Below, in pieces: positions 10,865 through 21,349 of a stretch of DNA of 64,000 bases; positions within the stretch are counted from its first letter, which is position 1, and each line of letters starts with the position of its first letter. A program made the position numbers and the translations under genes. The notes beneath the pieces were generated by a model, which saw only the letters and a list, made by a program, of their open reading frames with translations, was not told the origin of the DNA and did no database searches. The stretch is from Pelagomonas calceolata (lineage: Eukaryota), in NCBI GenBank assembly GCA_918797485.1, contig CAKKNE010000005.1, positions 1,488,001 through 1,552,000 of the forward strand. Direction: 5' to 3'.

Positions 10865-10966
10865 CGAAGCGGCACGCTCCCGCCGCCGATGAATCGGCGA
10901 CGCGCGGTGTCTCCCCCCCACGTGTAACATCGTACAAGGCCTGGCGCCCCCCGCCCACGTGTAACT

Positions 10967-12016
10967 CTAGTTTTCTGACGTGTTAGCGATGTCCATGGCC
11001 GACAGGTCCCCGAGCGAGTCGTTCCGGATCATCGACGCGAGGCCCGCGCCGTCCGGCGCCTCCTGAGTTGTGGCAGGCGCCTCCTCGGTGCCGTACTCCA
11101 CGAGATTCGTCAGCGAGTCGTTCCGGATCATCGACGCCAGCCCCAGCCCGTCGGCGTGCTCATCATCCTCGGCCGGCTGCTGGGACCCGTCGGACGACCG
11201 CCGCGCGTGGGCGACCGGCGTGTTTTTGTCTTCATGATGTCGCTGGGCGTGCGCGATGACGGACGGAGACTGCGGCGACGACGCCGCGGGCTCCTTGGGT
11301 AGAGAAATTCTACGCTTCAGCGCGATTGGTGTCGTCGTCTCGGGCGTCGACGGCGGACTGTCAATGTCACCTTGGGACTGGATCTCTCTGCTAAAACTCC
11401 GGAAGTCGAAGTCGCCGACGGCCTCGGCGTCCTTGAGGCCCATTTCCCGCGCGTTGTTCGTGGCCCAGGCGCCCAGTTCTTCCGCTAAGTCCGCGAGTTG
11501 GGCGGGCGAGTAGCCGTCCCGTTGCGCTTCCACCACAGCTCGTCTCGCACTTCGTACGCGCGCCGCCCTCCCAGAATTCGTCCCCGGCTCGCAGATCAGG
11601 CCCAGACCTCGCCTACTCTCCCCGGGAATGGGTGGCGGGAGTTCGCCTTCGCCGCACTGCCGCGCCGACCGCAGCACCGTCTCGATCAACCGCCGCTGGT
11701 TGTCGCGAATTTGCGCATACTCGTGGGCCTGCCAGTAGACTCGTTCCCGCTCCCAGCGCGGCGTGTCGCACAGCCTCGGTATGGGCGACTCTCTTTGAAT
11801 AGGATCCCCAAAACGCAGCCGTCTAGATGGAGGCGGTCTGGGCTCCACGGGCGTCGTCACCATGGGCGTGCGCTCCTCGTTGTCGTCGTCCTCTTCAACA
11901 ATCGATCGCGGCGGCTCGGGGCAGAAGAGCCGGTGCCTACATAAATACGCGCCCATCACGGCCAATGCCGTAAAGCCGACGGCCGCGGTCGTCGACCCTG
12001 AACTGGTGTCGATCAT
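10967..12016 (-). CDS. Hypothetical protein with N-terminal TM anchor and duplicated C-terminal motif
   Basis: Hydrophobic AAVGFTALAVMGAYLC; repeat GLASMIRNDSL twice. Confidence 0.75.
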   Translation of the reverse strand: MIDTSSGSTTAAVGFTALAVMGAYLCRHRLFCPEPPRSIVEEDDDNEERTPMVTTPVEPRPPPSRRLRFGDPIQRESPIPRLCDTPRWERERVYWQAHEYAQIRDNQRRLIETVLRSARQCGEGELPPPIPGESRRGLGLICEPGTNSGRAARVRSARRAVVEAQRDGYSPAQLADLAEELGAWATNNAREMGLKDAEAVGDFDFRSFSREIQSQGDIDSPPSTPETTTPIALKRRISLPKEPAASSPQSPSVIAHAQRHHEDKNTPVAHARRSSDGSQQPAEDDEHADGLGLASMIRNDSLTNLVEYGTEEAPATTQEAPDGAGLASMIRNDSLGDLSAMDIANTSEN

Positions 12017-12432
12017 TGCATCCTAGCAGCGCTGGTCTGTGGCGCTGCTAGGAAGTGTTTCCGGTGGGTTGCTCTCCCTAGGTTTGCGAGAGCGCACGGT
12101 CTCCGCGGCAATGCGGGATCGCTGCAGTCACAAGCTCAGGTCTTCAGGGTGTCGCGCTGAATCCCTTGCTGCCTGCAACGGCTCGAGCGGGCCGTGCTAT
12201 GGCCGTCCCGTCGCCCTGTAATTTGACGTGGCTGATTGTGCGGGTTTACAACCGAGCCTCCGAGGGTGTTCTTCATGGGTCATCATATCGTTCGTGCCCC
12301 GATTTCGACGCGTACGCCAAGCTGCGTAGCCTCGCGTTTGGTACGGGTTTTGTCAGCTCAATTTCCCAAAACTTAAGCGCTGGGAGTGCGGGACGAGAGC
12401 AGGCCTACGCGACTTGCAGCCACTCCGCACCC

Positions 12433-13956
12433 ATGCCCGAAACCGCCGGAAACGCCAGCGATGGCGAGCACCTCGAGGACTCAGCACCCAGGCCTGAAAC
12501 TGGCACCCATGGCGCGGACAGCGGCGAGGAGGCCAAGGACGCCATCAATGAGAGCGACGGCCCGAGCTTACTGGACATGGACGCACAGACAAGGAGGCGC
12601 TGGGTCGAGGCCCTGCTGCAGCTCCCCGACGTCGACGGCGAGGCGCTCGACCGCGCCATGAGCGACGAGTACGACGCGGCGACGCTGAAGAAGGTGCGCG
12701 CGGCGGTGCGCGGCGCCCAGTCCAAGCTGAAAGCACGGCGGGGCAACCTCGTGACGCGCGTCGCGGGCCGCGTCGTGTCGCGGCCGTCCTCCACAGGCCG
12801 AGCAGGACGTGTTCGCAGTTTCCTGCGGGCCTGCGACGCCGCCGGTTTGCAATATTTGTTATTAGCCTTCGCTTTGATGGCCGCCGGAGCTCTATTTGTC
12901 GCTTCGGTAGAACTACCTCATGAGGTGCGCACGATGGCCAGGTGGAGAAAAGAAGCAGTGCGGAGCTGGAGACGGCAGCCCTTCGCCAAGAATAGCACGG
13001 ACGTGGCCGACTGGTTCTTCGGGAGTTTTGAGAGCAAGGAGGATTCTATATCCAATAAAGCGCAGTCGCGGGCGGAGCTCGCCCCGCGGGACTGGCGCTG
13101 CGGCGGCTGCCAGGCCGTACAAAGTGTCAAACATGTCTTGCAATTGACGGAAGCGGAGGCCGCGGCGACGTGCGCGTCCGGGCTCGACAAGTGCGGCTGG
13201 CAACTCACGGCCGCGTTCCATTTTGTGGTCTCGCTGTTCACGACGATCGGGTATGGGGCACCCGTGACGCCAGCAACTCCCCTGGGGCAGATCCTGGTCG
13301 TCGCTTTATGTGTACCCGGTATAGTACTGGTAGCGATGTTCATCATCTCGCTGGGCAACTGCGCGCGGAAGTTGCTTGTCACACTGAATCGACGGGCTTT
13401 ACAGGATCGCACGGAGCGAGCGACGCGGGCGGCGACCTTAGGACTGTTCGCTCTGGCGTTATTTCCTATCTTATACATTTGCGGCTTTGCTATTTACGCG
13501 GGAACGAATCAGCCGTCCTGGTCGGGCTGGGAGTGCGTCTACTTCGCCTTCGTGTCCGTCAGCACGGTGGGGTTAGGTGATTACGCCCTCGAAAAGCCGG
13601 GCATCGGCGCGTCTCTGATCGTCGTGTTGGGATGTGCGTCGTGGGCCGTGACGCTTGGTTTGGTGCAGGATACGATTAGTGAGAGGGAGTACGTCCTGGC
13701 GACGCTGCGGGATCGGCTGAGGGACATGCGCTCTAGATTGTTCGAGTTGATGCGGAGGCTGCGCGACGACGTCTCTCGTCGAAGAAGGAACGGCTGGGAG
13801 CGCGCGCCGCCGGACACGCCCGGCGTGGTCATGTCGCCGCTACCTAGGATGATGACGAACCCGATCCACGAGGCGCCGGCGCCGCCGCCCGCAGAAGAGG
13901 ACGCGTCGTTCGAGGACGTGGCGTTGGATGAGCCGGTCGAGGAGGATGTGGTGTGA
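12433..13956 (+). CDS. Two-pore-domain (K2P-type) potassium channel
   Basis: Two pore loops TTIGYG and STVGLGD, each flanked by TM helices. Confidence 0.9.
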   Translation: MPETAGNASDGEHLEDSAPRPETGTHGADSGEEAKDAINESDGPSLLDMDAQTRRRWVEALLQLPDVDGEALDRAMSDEYDAATLKKVRAAVRGAQSKLKARRGNLVTRVAGRVVSRPSSTGRAGRVRSFLRACDAAGLQYLLLAFALMAAGALFVASVELPHEVRTMARWRKEAVRSWRRQPFAKNSTDVADWFFGSFESKEDSISNKAQSRAELAPRDWRCGGCQAVQSVKHVLQLTEAEAAATCASGLDKCGWQLTAAFHFVVSLFTTIGYGAPVTPATPLGQILVVALCVPGIVLVAMFIISLGNCARKLLVTLNRRALQDRTERATRAATLGLFALALFPILYICGFAIYAGTNQPSWSGWECVYFAFVSVSTVGLGDYALEKPGIGASLIVVLGCASWAVTLGLVQDTISEREYVLATLRDRLRDMRSRLFELMRRLRDDVSRRRRNGWERAPPDTPGVVMSPLPRMMTNPIHEAPAPPPAEEDASFEDVALDEPVEEDVV

Positions 13957-14158
13957 TAAGTGTTTTTGTCTAACCCTAGGTTCCATTGGCGAGGGGTGTT
14001 GCGGTGCTAGGAGTCGTGGGCGGAGCCTCGCCGCCGCGCGTTGTCGATGATGGTATCGTCGTTCCACAGTTACAAGGACCGCTCTCCGGAGTGGGCCTGG
14101 GTGAACTAAGCCTCGAAGCGGCCAAGGCAACGCCTGCGGGGAAGAAATCGAGTCTTAG

Positions 14159-14179
14159 GCTAGCATGTAAGACACTAGC
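14159..14179 (+). promoter_or_regulatory. Bipartite CTAG motif
   Basis: GCTAGC-N2-GTAAGACACTAGC, ~135 nt before ATG 14314. Confidence 0.6.
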
Positions 14180-14313
14180 AAGCAAGTCATTTTGGCATCG
14201 GCCCGCGACCTCGGCACGAAGGTATTAGGTCTAGAGGTTACACGGGCGAGACCGACCGCGCCCCTCAGTGAATTGCCGCGGAGGCCCAAGCGCGTCGCGC
14301 GGGCGAAAACAAA

Positions 14314-14475
14314 ATGGTTTCGCCTCTGGTCAAAGCTGTGGCCCTCGCCGCCGCGGGGCAGGCCTTCCTCTTACCGGGGATTGCGCCGCACGACTATCAA
14401 CCCGGCGAGCGCGTCTGGCTCAAGGTCAACAGCCTCACGTCGTCGAAGACCCAGGTCCCGTACGAGTACTACCGG
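14314..14475 (+). pseudogene. Orphan first exon of a TM9SF/EMP70 nonaspanin gene
   Basis: Signal + AFLLPGIAPHDYQPGERVWLKVNSLTSSKTQVPYEYYR, then canonical GTAAGT donor at 14476; no further TM9SF exon recognised in the window. Confidence 0.7.
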
Positions 14476-15006
14476 GTAAGTAAAATTCCCCCCCCCCCCC
14501 CTTCGCGACCCCGCGCGCGTCGACGCGCCATCGCTCGTCCGGTTCGACGGCACGGCGGGCCACGCGGTCGCCGCGCCATCGTACACCGCGAATCAGAAAG
14601 ACAGCGCGATTCCCCCACCGCAGTTCCAGTTCTAGGTCGTCGTGACGCGTGTCCCCTTCTCCCCGTTCCCCCGCCTTGTAAGAGGTGTCCCCTTCCACGC
14701 CAGCGTCGTCGTCTTTGAACTGCACCCCGTCTTCGCGGATGGATGCCAGAGAAATGCGCGGATGGATGCCAGAGAAGCGCAGATTGAAGTCCCTAGTGTC
14801 TTTACGGCCACTAGCGTGAACGCACTGCGCAAACGAGCGAGAAACGCGCGACAGCGCTGCTCAAGTATTAGTTGCAAGCATTGTTGAAGGAACACGCCTC
14901 GCTAGAGCTCTGTGGCGCACACACCGCAGCAACAACGGTAAAAAGACGACGTCTCGCCAGAGCGCTGCAACGCTGCAGTTGCAGGCAGCGCGCTGCACAC
15001 ACCACA

Positions 15007-16044
15007 ATGGCAGCGCGCGGCACCATGATCGCCGTACTCATGCTCCTCGCGCCGGCCTGCGACGGCCGCGCCACGCCGCTCCGGGCGCGCGGTCGGCCAC
15101 CGCGCGCCGGCGCCCTCACACGCACCGGCGGCGGCCCGCCGCCGCCGCCGCGGCTGTCGCTGCGGCAGCACGCGCTCGCGGGCGCCTTCGCGCGGGCCGT
15201 CGCCCAGTCCTGCGTGCACCCGCTCAACGTGGCCAAAACCACCCTCCAGACGGCGAACGGGCCGGCAGCTTTAAGAGCGATGACGAGCGGCGGGCTGTTT
15301 TCCATGGCGACGTGGCGGCACCTGAGCCGGGGCCTCGGCGCGCAAGCCTTATTGTCCATGCCGAACGGCGCCATCAACTTTTGCGTGATGGAGGGCACGC
15401 GGCGGTTCATTTGTTCGGTGGCGCCGCGCGGCGGCGCGCTGATCGACGCGACGACGGCGGCCGCGGGCACGGCCGTCGCGACGGTCGTGTCGCTGCCGCA
15501 GTCCATCTTAAATGACAGGATCATGGGCGGCGCGCACCAGAACCTCGTGGAAGCCTTACGGGCCGTCGGCTGGCGGGGCCTGTACCCGCGGACGGCCTGG
15601 ACTGCGGCGCTCTGCGCGAAAGTGCCAGCTTATGCCGTGAACTGGGCGGCCTACCAAGGGTTGCGGCGGTCCCTCTCGCGGAAGGGGAAGAAGCTCGGCG
15701 CGCGCGCGGACGTCTTGGTGGGCGCTTGTGCTGCCAGTGCCTCGGTCTGCCTCATGATTCCGTTGGACACGGTGAAGGTCCGCATGACGACGGGCAATTT
15801 GGGCGGCGTGGCCTACCGCAACGTGGCGGACGCGATCCGGACGATGCTCCGCGAGGAGGGCGCCTTCTGCTTTTATCGGGGCCTGCCGCCGCGCCTTTTA
15901 AGCGTCGTGCCGATGATCGCGATCCAGTTCGCGACCTACGAGTTCGCCAAGCGGCGGCTGCCGGCCCTCGAGGCGCGCCTCGCGGAGCTCGTGCGGACGC
16001 CTGTTGTCGCGGAGGCGTCTCAAGAAAAGCTCGCGGCCATCTAA
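15007..16044 (+). CDS. Mitochondrial carrier family protein with signal peptide-like leader
   Basis: Carrier signatures PLNVAKTTLQ and PLDTVKVRM, GLYP/FYRG motifs; leader MIAVLMLLAPACDG. Confidence 0.87.
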   Translation: MAARGTMIAVLMLLAPACDGRATPLRARGRPPRAGALTRTGGGPPPPPRLSLRQHALAGAFARAVAQSCVHPLNVAKTTLQTANGPAALRAMTSGGLFSMATWRHLSRGLGAQALLSMPNGAINFCVMEGTRRFICSVAPRGGALIDATTAAAGTAVATVVSLPQSILNDRIMGGAHQNLVEALRAVGWRGLYPRTAWTAALCAKVPAYAVNWAAYQGLRRSLSRKGKKLGARADVLVGACAASASVCLMIPLDTVKVRMTTGNLGGVAYRNVADAIRTMLREEGAFCFYRGLPPRLLSVVPMIAIQFATYEFAKRRLPALEARLAELVRTPVVAEASQEKLAAI

Positions 16045-16054
16045 GTATTTATCT

Positions 16055-16528
16055 TTAGAAGACGCCCGACCCCTCGGTCCGGTCCATGTTCTGGAACCGG
16101 TCCTCGACCAGGATGAGGTGGTAGCCGAACTGCGTGCGCACGGGGCCCGTCACCTCGCCGACCGGCACGTCCGGATCAAAGCAGACCTCGTCGAACTCCC
16201 GGACCATCTTCCCGGGCTCGAAGGACCCGAGCGACCCGCCGCTCTTGGCGCTCGGGCAGGTCGAGAACTTCGCCGCGGCGTCGGCGAAGGGCATCCCCTG
16301 GGCGATCTCGCCCATGACGCTATCGCACTCGTCGAGCGTCTTGACGAGGATGTGGCGCGCCGTCGCGCGGCGGTCGTCGAACTGCTCGTTTTTAAAAGCG
16401 TCCGCAATGAAGTCGAACATGCCGCGCAGCCGCGTCGGCCGCGTCAGGGATCGGTGCCTGGGCACGACCGGGGCCAGCGCGGCGGCCGTTTGCAGCAGTG
16501 CGAAGGAGAGCAAGCAGCGCCGAGCCAT
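16055..16528 (-). CDS. Plastid-targeted parvulin-type peptidyl-prolyl isomerase (PpiC-like)
   Basis: ARHILV..FSTCPSAKSGGSLG..MVREFD..TQFGYHLI; bipartite leader. Confidence 0.93.
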   Translation of the reverse strand: MARRCLLSFALLQTAAALAPVVPRHRSLTRPTRLRGMFDFIADAFKNEQFDDRRATARHILVKTLDECDSVMGEIAQGMPFADAAAKFSTCPSAKSGGSLGSFEPGKMVREFDEVCFDPDVPVGEVTGPVRTQFGYHLILVEDRFQNMDRTEGSGVF

Positions 16529-16979
16529 GATTACTGCTAGCTGCGTAGTTTTTTTGCCAGCGCGGCGTCGCTGGTCGAAAACGCGGTGTCTTGAGAGCAG
16601 TTGTATGTCGTGGTGGCACGTATTGATGCACGCGCGTGCCGCCCAGAGCTTGGATAAGCTAGCCAGCACACATTGAAAACTGAGTTTTGACGAATCGCTC
16701 CTGCCGTCTGCTACGGCCTCGGGGAGATACAACGGGCCACAAGAATCCTAAACTATCAAAGAGGAGCCGCCGTCTTGCGTACGGGTTCCGTCGATGGCTT
16801 GCAACTTTGCAAGACTTGGTGCTCTCTCAGTTGCTTGTTTGTGCGCTGCTGAGCTATCATATTGTTAGCATCCGTGCGCCATTACGCCGTCGCCCTGCGT
16901 CGCGCAGCCAGCACTCGCGAGGTGCTCAGGCACCCATCCACCAAGGTTGTAGCAGCACAGCGTCATCAGGGCGATCACC

Positions 16980-17861
16980 ATGCCGCGGCGCGCGAGGCAT
17001 ACGGCCCTCGCCCTGTGCTACGTCACGATCGCGGCCGCATTAAGGCCATCACTAAAAACGAGGCCACGCACTCGTTTACAAGCCGTCGCCTCAAAAGACG
17101 TCGAGCCCTTGCTGTTGTGTAAAGACATTGAAGCTAAAGTGGTCGAAAACGATAAAGCCATTTTGAAGGGTCTGGACTTGGAGGTGCGGCCCGGCGAGGT
17201 CCACGCCATCATGGGCCCGAACGGCTCCGGCAAATCGACTTTGTCGAAAGTGCTGGCCAGGCATCCTGCTTACGAGGCCACAAACGGAATAGCTACGTTA
17301 GAGGGCGAGGACTTGCTCGAACTCGAGGCCCAGGACGCGGCCCAGAAGGGCGTTTTTCTGGCCTTCCAGTATCCCGTGGAATTACCGGGCGTCGGTAACA
17401 CCGATTTTTTAAGGTTGATGCTCAATGCCAAAAGAAAAGCGAACGGCGAAGCTGAGCTGGATCCGTTGGAATTCTTGGGCGTGGCCATGGAGAAGTGCAA
17501 GATCGTGGAGATGAATCCCGACTTTCTCCAGCGGAACGTCAACGAGGGGTTCAGTGGCGGCGAGAAGAAGAGGAACGAAATATTGCAGATGGCCATGCTC
17601 GAGCCGAAATTAGCTATACTAGATGAGACCGATTCGGGGTTGGACATCGATGCTCTCAGAACCATCAGCGAAGGCATCAATCGCCTCAAACGGGACGACA
17701 ACGCGTTCGTCGTCATCACGCACTACCAGCGTTTGTTAGATTACGTCAAGCCGGACTTCGTCCACATCATGAGAGATGGTAGGATTGTGAAGACGGGCGG
17801 GCCGGAACTAGCCTTGGAGCTCGAGGCGAAGGGCTACGTCGACGAGGTGCTGAACGGCTAG
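16980..17861 (+). CDS. sufC: Plastid-targeted Fe-S assembly ATPase SufC
   Basis: [57 protein letters not shown]; signal + transit-like leader. Confidence 0.95.
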   Translation: MPRRARHTALALCYVTIAAALRPSLKTRPRTRLQAVASKDVEPLLLCKDIEAKVVENDKAILKGLDLEVRPGEVHAIMGPNGSGKSTLSKVLARHPAYEATNGIATLEGEDLLELEAQDAAQKGVFLAFQYPVELPGVGNTDFLRLMLNAKRKANGEAELDPLEFLGVAMEKCKIVEMNPDFLQRNVNEGFSGGEKKRNEILQMAMLEPKLAILDETDSGLDIDALRTISEGINRLKRDDNAFVVITHYQRLLDYVKPDFVHIMRDGRIVKTGGPELALELEAKGYVDEVLNG

Positions 17862-17894
17862 GGCGGGGGGCGTAAAGGTACCGTGAGGTAGGCC

Positions 17895-18036
17895 CTGTGC
17901 ACGTCCACGCCATCGAGCCGGCGCGGTCCCGAGGACACCGTCGTCGCGTCGATGGCCTAAGCTCCACGCCATCGAGCGGATTTGGCTACGGAGACAACGT
18001 CGCGTCGATGGCGTGGGGCGCCCGAATTTGATTTCC
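17895..18036. mobile_element. Decayed introner-related element downstream of sufC
   Basis: Starts CTGTGC, ends ATTTGATTTCC (partial TIR); four copies of the CCACGCCATCGA/TCGATGGC motif shared with the two intact elements. Confidence 0.6.
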
Positions 18037-18284
18037 GCCGGCCCCTAGGCTCCTATAGGAAAAATAAAAAAAGTGAAAGAGAAGCCAAATTTCAGCTCCC
18101 GAGGCAAGGAGGAGCAAGCCCACGCACCTGCAGGCCCGAGGCGCGGCTCTCGGGGGCGTATCATCCTCTCCCGAATCATTCTCGCGTGATTCAAGTGCGG
18201 AAAAACTAAACCATGAATTTTTTTTGTCCATAGCATAGCCCGTACGCCGGTCGCGCGACCGGTTTCACCTCAGGCAATCGCGCA

Positions 18285-19193
18285 ATGATCGAGCTCCCGA
18301 CGCGCGCCGGCAAGGACGACGCCGCGAGCCTCCTCGAAAGCGCCGACGCGGCCGCGAGCGACGAGCCCCGCGCGCCGTCGCCGTGGGCGCGCCTCGCGTC
18401 GAGGCTCGCGACGCCGCTGCTCCCGGACGCGGGGGGTCCGCGCGGCCGCCTCGCGAAGTTCCTGGGCCTGTCCTACGCCCTGCTCCTCGGCGCGTTCTAT
18501 TTCGTCCGCGCCCACGGCGACGACGTCGCATGGGAGCGGGACGCCGACTTGACGGTAAAAGACCTCCACACCTTCGACCTGGCCGCCGTCGCGCTCGACG
18601 CGCTGTGCTACTTCGTCGTGGGCCGCTGGTGGGCGCGGGCGGGCGCCGACCGCGCGTCCGTCCTCGTACCAGCGCTCGCGGGTATATATATATTCTCGGC
18701 CGTCGGCGGGCGCTGGCACTACTCGATCTCCCTCTTTTCGATAAAGTGCCTCTGGCCCCCGTCCCTCGTCGCGGCGGCCCTCCTCATCGTCGGCGTCGTC
18801 GTCGCGTTCGTCGTCCTGCACGCGGTCGCGTTCTACCGCGACGGGGTCCTGCTCGGTCGCTGCGTCGAGGTCGCGGCGACGGCGATGATTTTCGTGCTGC
18901 CGGTCTGCCGAAATTCATCGTTCCACGTGCACCACTGGTACTGGACCTGGCTCATCGGCATGCACGCAAACCGGGACTGCTGGTGGTCGACCGCGGCCGG
19001 CGCGTTCCTCTGGGGGGGGTATTTGAACGGCGTCGCGGCATGGGGCAGAGACGACGTCCTCGGCTGCGAGCGGAGCCTCTACGCGGCCGTCGACCAGGGG
19101 TGCCCGTTCGTCTCTACGCGCCGGGTAGCCGCGGCCGACGTCTCCGCGCCCGACTGGCGGACCTGCTCCCCCGCGCCCCCGTTGATCGGATAA
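18285..19193 (+). CDS. Multi-pass membrane protein with HVHHWY motif
   Basis: About seven hydrophobic segments; FHVHHWYW. Confidence 0.75.
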   Translation: MIELPTRAGKDDAASLLESADAAASDEPRAPSPWARLASRLATPLLPDAGGPRGRLAKFLGLSYALLLGAFYFVRAHGDDVAWERDADLTVKDLHTFDLAAVALDALCYFVVGRWWARAGADRASVLVPALAGIYIFSAVGGRWHYSISLFSIKCLWPPSLVAAALLIVGVVVAFVVLHAVAFYRDGVLLGRCVEVAATAMIFVLPVCRNSSFHVHHWYWTWLIGMHANRDCWWSTAAGAFLWGGYLNGVAAWGRDDVLGCERSLYAAVDQGCPFVSTRRVAAADVSAPDWRTCSPAPPLIG

Positions 19194-19349
19194 GGGGCCG
19201 CCCCCTGGCGATTTCCGCAAACATCCCCGTTCTTTAGATTGATCGTGGGGCCTCTGTGCCAGTATTAACATACTAGATTTCAGCAGGCAGCCTGGCAGTT
19301 TTAGCTGCCTGCCGACCCGATCCGGGCTGCCCCGCGGAAGCAACGGACC

Positions 19350-21335
19350 ATGGACCGAAATGACGTGGTCGAGGAGAAGATCCGCACCTTCGTGCGCCAG
19401 CGGCCCGCGCTCCCCGACGAGCCCGTCCCCCAAAGCACCAACCCGCCGCCGCCACCGACTTTCCTCGGCGGCGGCATTGATGTGGACGACGACTGCCTGG
19501 ACGTGACGGAGACGTCGATCTGCTACACGGCGAACGACCAGCAGCGGTGCTATGAGGTCGACGGCGGTTTTGATGGGGACGGTACGCAAGCCGAAGTCTA
19601 CGAGGCGACGGCGCGGAGTATCGTCGACGCCGTCGGTTCTGGGTACAACGGCACTATTTTAGCGTATGGCCAGACCGGTTCCGGTAAGACGCACACGATG
19701 CGCGGCGGCATCTCGGTTTCGGAAGCGGGCATCACACCGCGAGCGTTGTTGCAGCTCTTCGAATTGCAAAAACAGAGCGACGCGACGCTGACGTTTTCTT
19801 TGAGCTACGTGCAGATTTATTGCGAGCGTTTGTCGGATTTACTCGGCAACGACACCGACGAATTGAGCATCAGGGACCGGCCGGCGCACGACGGCGGCGG
19901 TGTTTATGTCAGAAACGCTACGAGGGTCCCGGTAACGACGCCGCGACAAGCTCTTGATTTATTAGCGGCGGGCGACTCGAAGCGCGCGACGGCTTCTACA
20001 CTCATGAACGAGTTTTCCAGCAGAAGCCACGCCGTGGCCCTGTTGCACGTGGAAAGAAAAACAAAGGACTCTTTACAACGATCAACATTAACACTGGTCG
20101 ATTTAGCTGGCAGCGAGCGCCACGCCGCCTGCGCCGGGCGCTATAAACGATTAGAGGAGTCGCGCGCCATCAATTTAGGGTTGAGCGCATTGGGCAACTG
20201 CGTGAGTGCGCTGGCCGAGCGGCGGCCCCACGTGCCGTATCGCGACTCGAAATTAACGCGGTTGCTCCAGGCCTCGTTGGGTGGCACGGCGCGCACGGCG
20301 CTCATCGCGTGTTGCGCGCCCGGCGGCGACGCGACGGGCGAGACGAAATCGACGCTAGAGTTCGCGGCGCGCGCGCGCAAGGTCGTGGTCCGGGCGGCGC
20401 CGCGCGACGTCGCCGTCGACTACCAGTCGTTGTACGAGGAGGTCAAGGACTCGATCGACGACTATAGAACGAGGGAAAGAAAGGCCTTGGACGAAGTGGA
20501 ATCACTGAAGGACAAGGAGGAGGCGACACAACAAAGAATCTTGGAGTTAGAACGGGAGAACGACGCCCTGAAACATGCGCTGCAGCGGCAACAACGACCT
20601 GTGGTAGAGGGCGATCAAGTGGACGTCATCGAGCAGCTCCACGCGAAATTCAACGACGACACCGAGGAGGCGGAGCGCCGGCACGCGGCGGAACTCAGGA
20701 CGGCCCAGTCAAGAGCTGATGCGAAGATCAAGGCGTATCGCGACGCGGCCGAAGTGTCCGCCCGAGAGTGCGACGCGGCCGAGGCAGCATTAACGGGCGA
20801 GCGGGAGGGCCATCTAGCATCCCTGAAGGAACTGAGACGGGTCAAGGCCGAGTTCCGCGAGACGGAGGCGCGGCACGCGGCGCGCGTCTCGGAATTGATC
20901 GAGGAAGTCGCGGCCGCGAAGGGCGAGGGCGAGGCGAAGGCCCAGGAGGCCGATAAAGCCGCCGACGCTTTACTGAAACGCGTCGAGACCCTCGAGGTGT
21001 CGCGCCAGGAGCAGCTCGAGACCGATTATGTCTCAAGGGACGCCGTCGCCGAGATGGAGAAGCTCTTCCGGTCGACGATCGACGCGCTCGCGGCGCGGCT
21101 CGAGGACCTCGAGGGCAAGCGCGTGTCGGACGTGGCCGCGGGCCGGTCGCGGGGCCGCGTGTCGGCCGGCGCGCGCGCGGTGCTCGAGTCGCTCGACGCG
21201 GGCGAGGACCTGCCGCCGCTGCACGAGCGGTTCGGGGGGCGGCGGCGCGCGAAGCCCCTCGCCACGCAGAACATGCCCCGGGCGCCGCCCCGACGGCGGG
21301 TCTCCGCCAAGCCTGCGATCCCGCGCTTCTACTAG
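19350..21335 (+). CDS. Kinesin motor protein (N-terminal motor, coiled-coil stalk)
   Basis: AYGQTGSGKT P-loop, NEFSSRSH, DLAGSE, HVPYRDSKLTRLL. Confidence 0.95.
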   Translation: MDRNDVVEEKIRTFVRQRPALPDEPVPQSTNPPPPPTFLGGGIDVDDDCLDVTETSICYTANDQQRCYEVDGGFDGDGTQAEVYEATARSIVDAVGSGYNGTILAYGQTGSGKTHTMRGGISVSEAGITPRALLQLFELQKQSDATLTFSLSYVQIYCERLSDLLGNDTDELSIRDRPAHDGGGVYVRNATRVPVTTPRQALDLLAAGDSKRATASTLMNEFSSRSHAVALLHVERKTKDSLQRSTLTLVDLAGSERHAACAGRYKRLEESRAINLGLSALGNCVSALAERRPHVPYRDSKLTRLLQASLGGTARTALIACCAPGGDATGETKSTLEFAARARKVVVRAAPRDVAVDYQSLYEEVKDSIDDYRTRERKALDEVESLKDKEEATQQRILELERENDALKHALQRQQRPVVEGDQVDVIEQLHAKFNDDTEEAERRHAAELRTAQSRADAKIKAYRDAAEVSARECDAAEAALTGEREGHLASLKELRRVKAEFRETEARHAARVSELIEEVAAAKGEGEAKAQEADKAADALLKRVETLEVSRQEQLETDYVSRDAVAEMEKLFRSTIDALAARLEDLEGKRVSDVAAGRSRGRVSAGARAVLESLDAGEDLPPLHERFGGRRRAKPLATQNMPRAPPRRRVSAKPAIPRFY

Positions 21336-21349
21336 TACAGTAAACAGTA

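Noticed and set aside
13960..14150. Coding-like fragment on the minus strand
   Set aside because: Multiple stops and no recognisable family.
14476..14988. Splicing of the TM9SF exon to the carrier ORF via the in-phase CAG at 14988
   Set aside because: The carrier has its own leader and upstream motif; the chimera is implausible without transcript evidence.
18048..18240. Possible MITE with imperfect A/T-rich inverted ends
   Set aside because: The match is mostly homopolymer; no TSD and no second copy.
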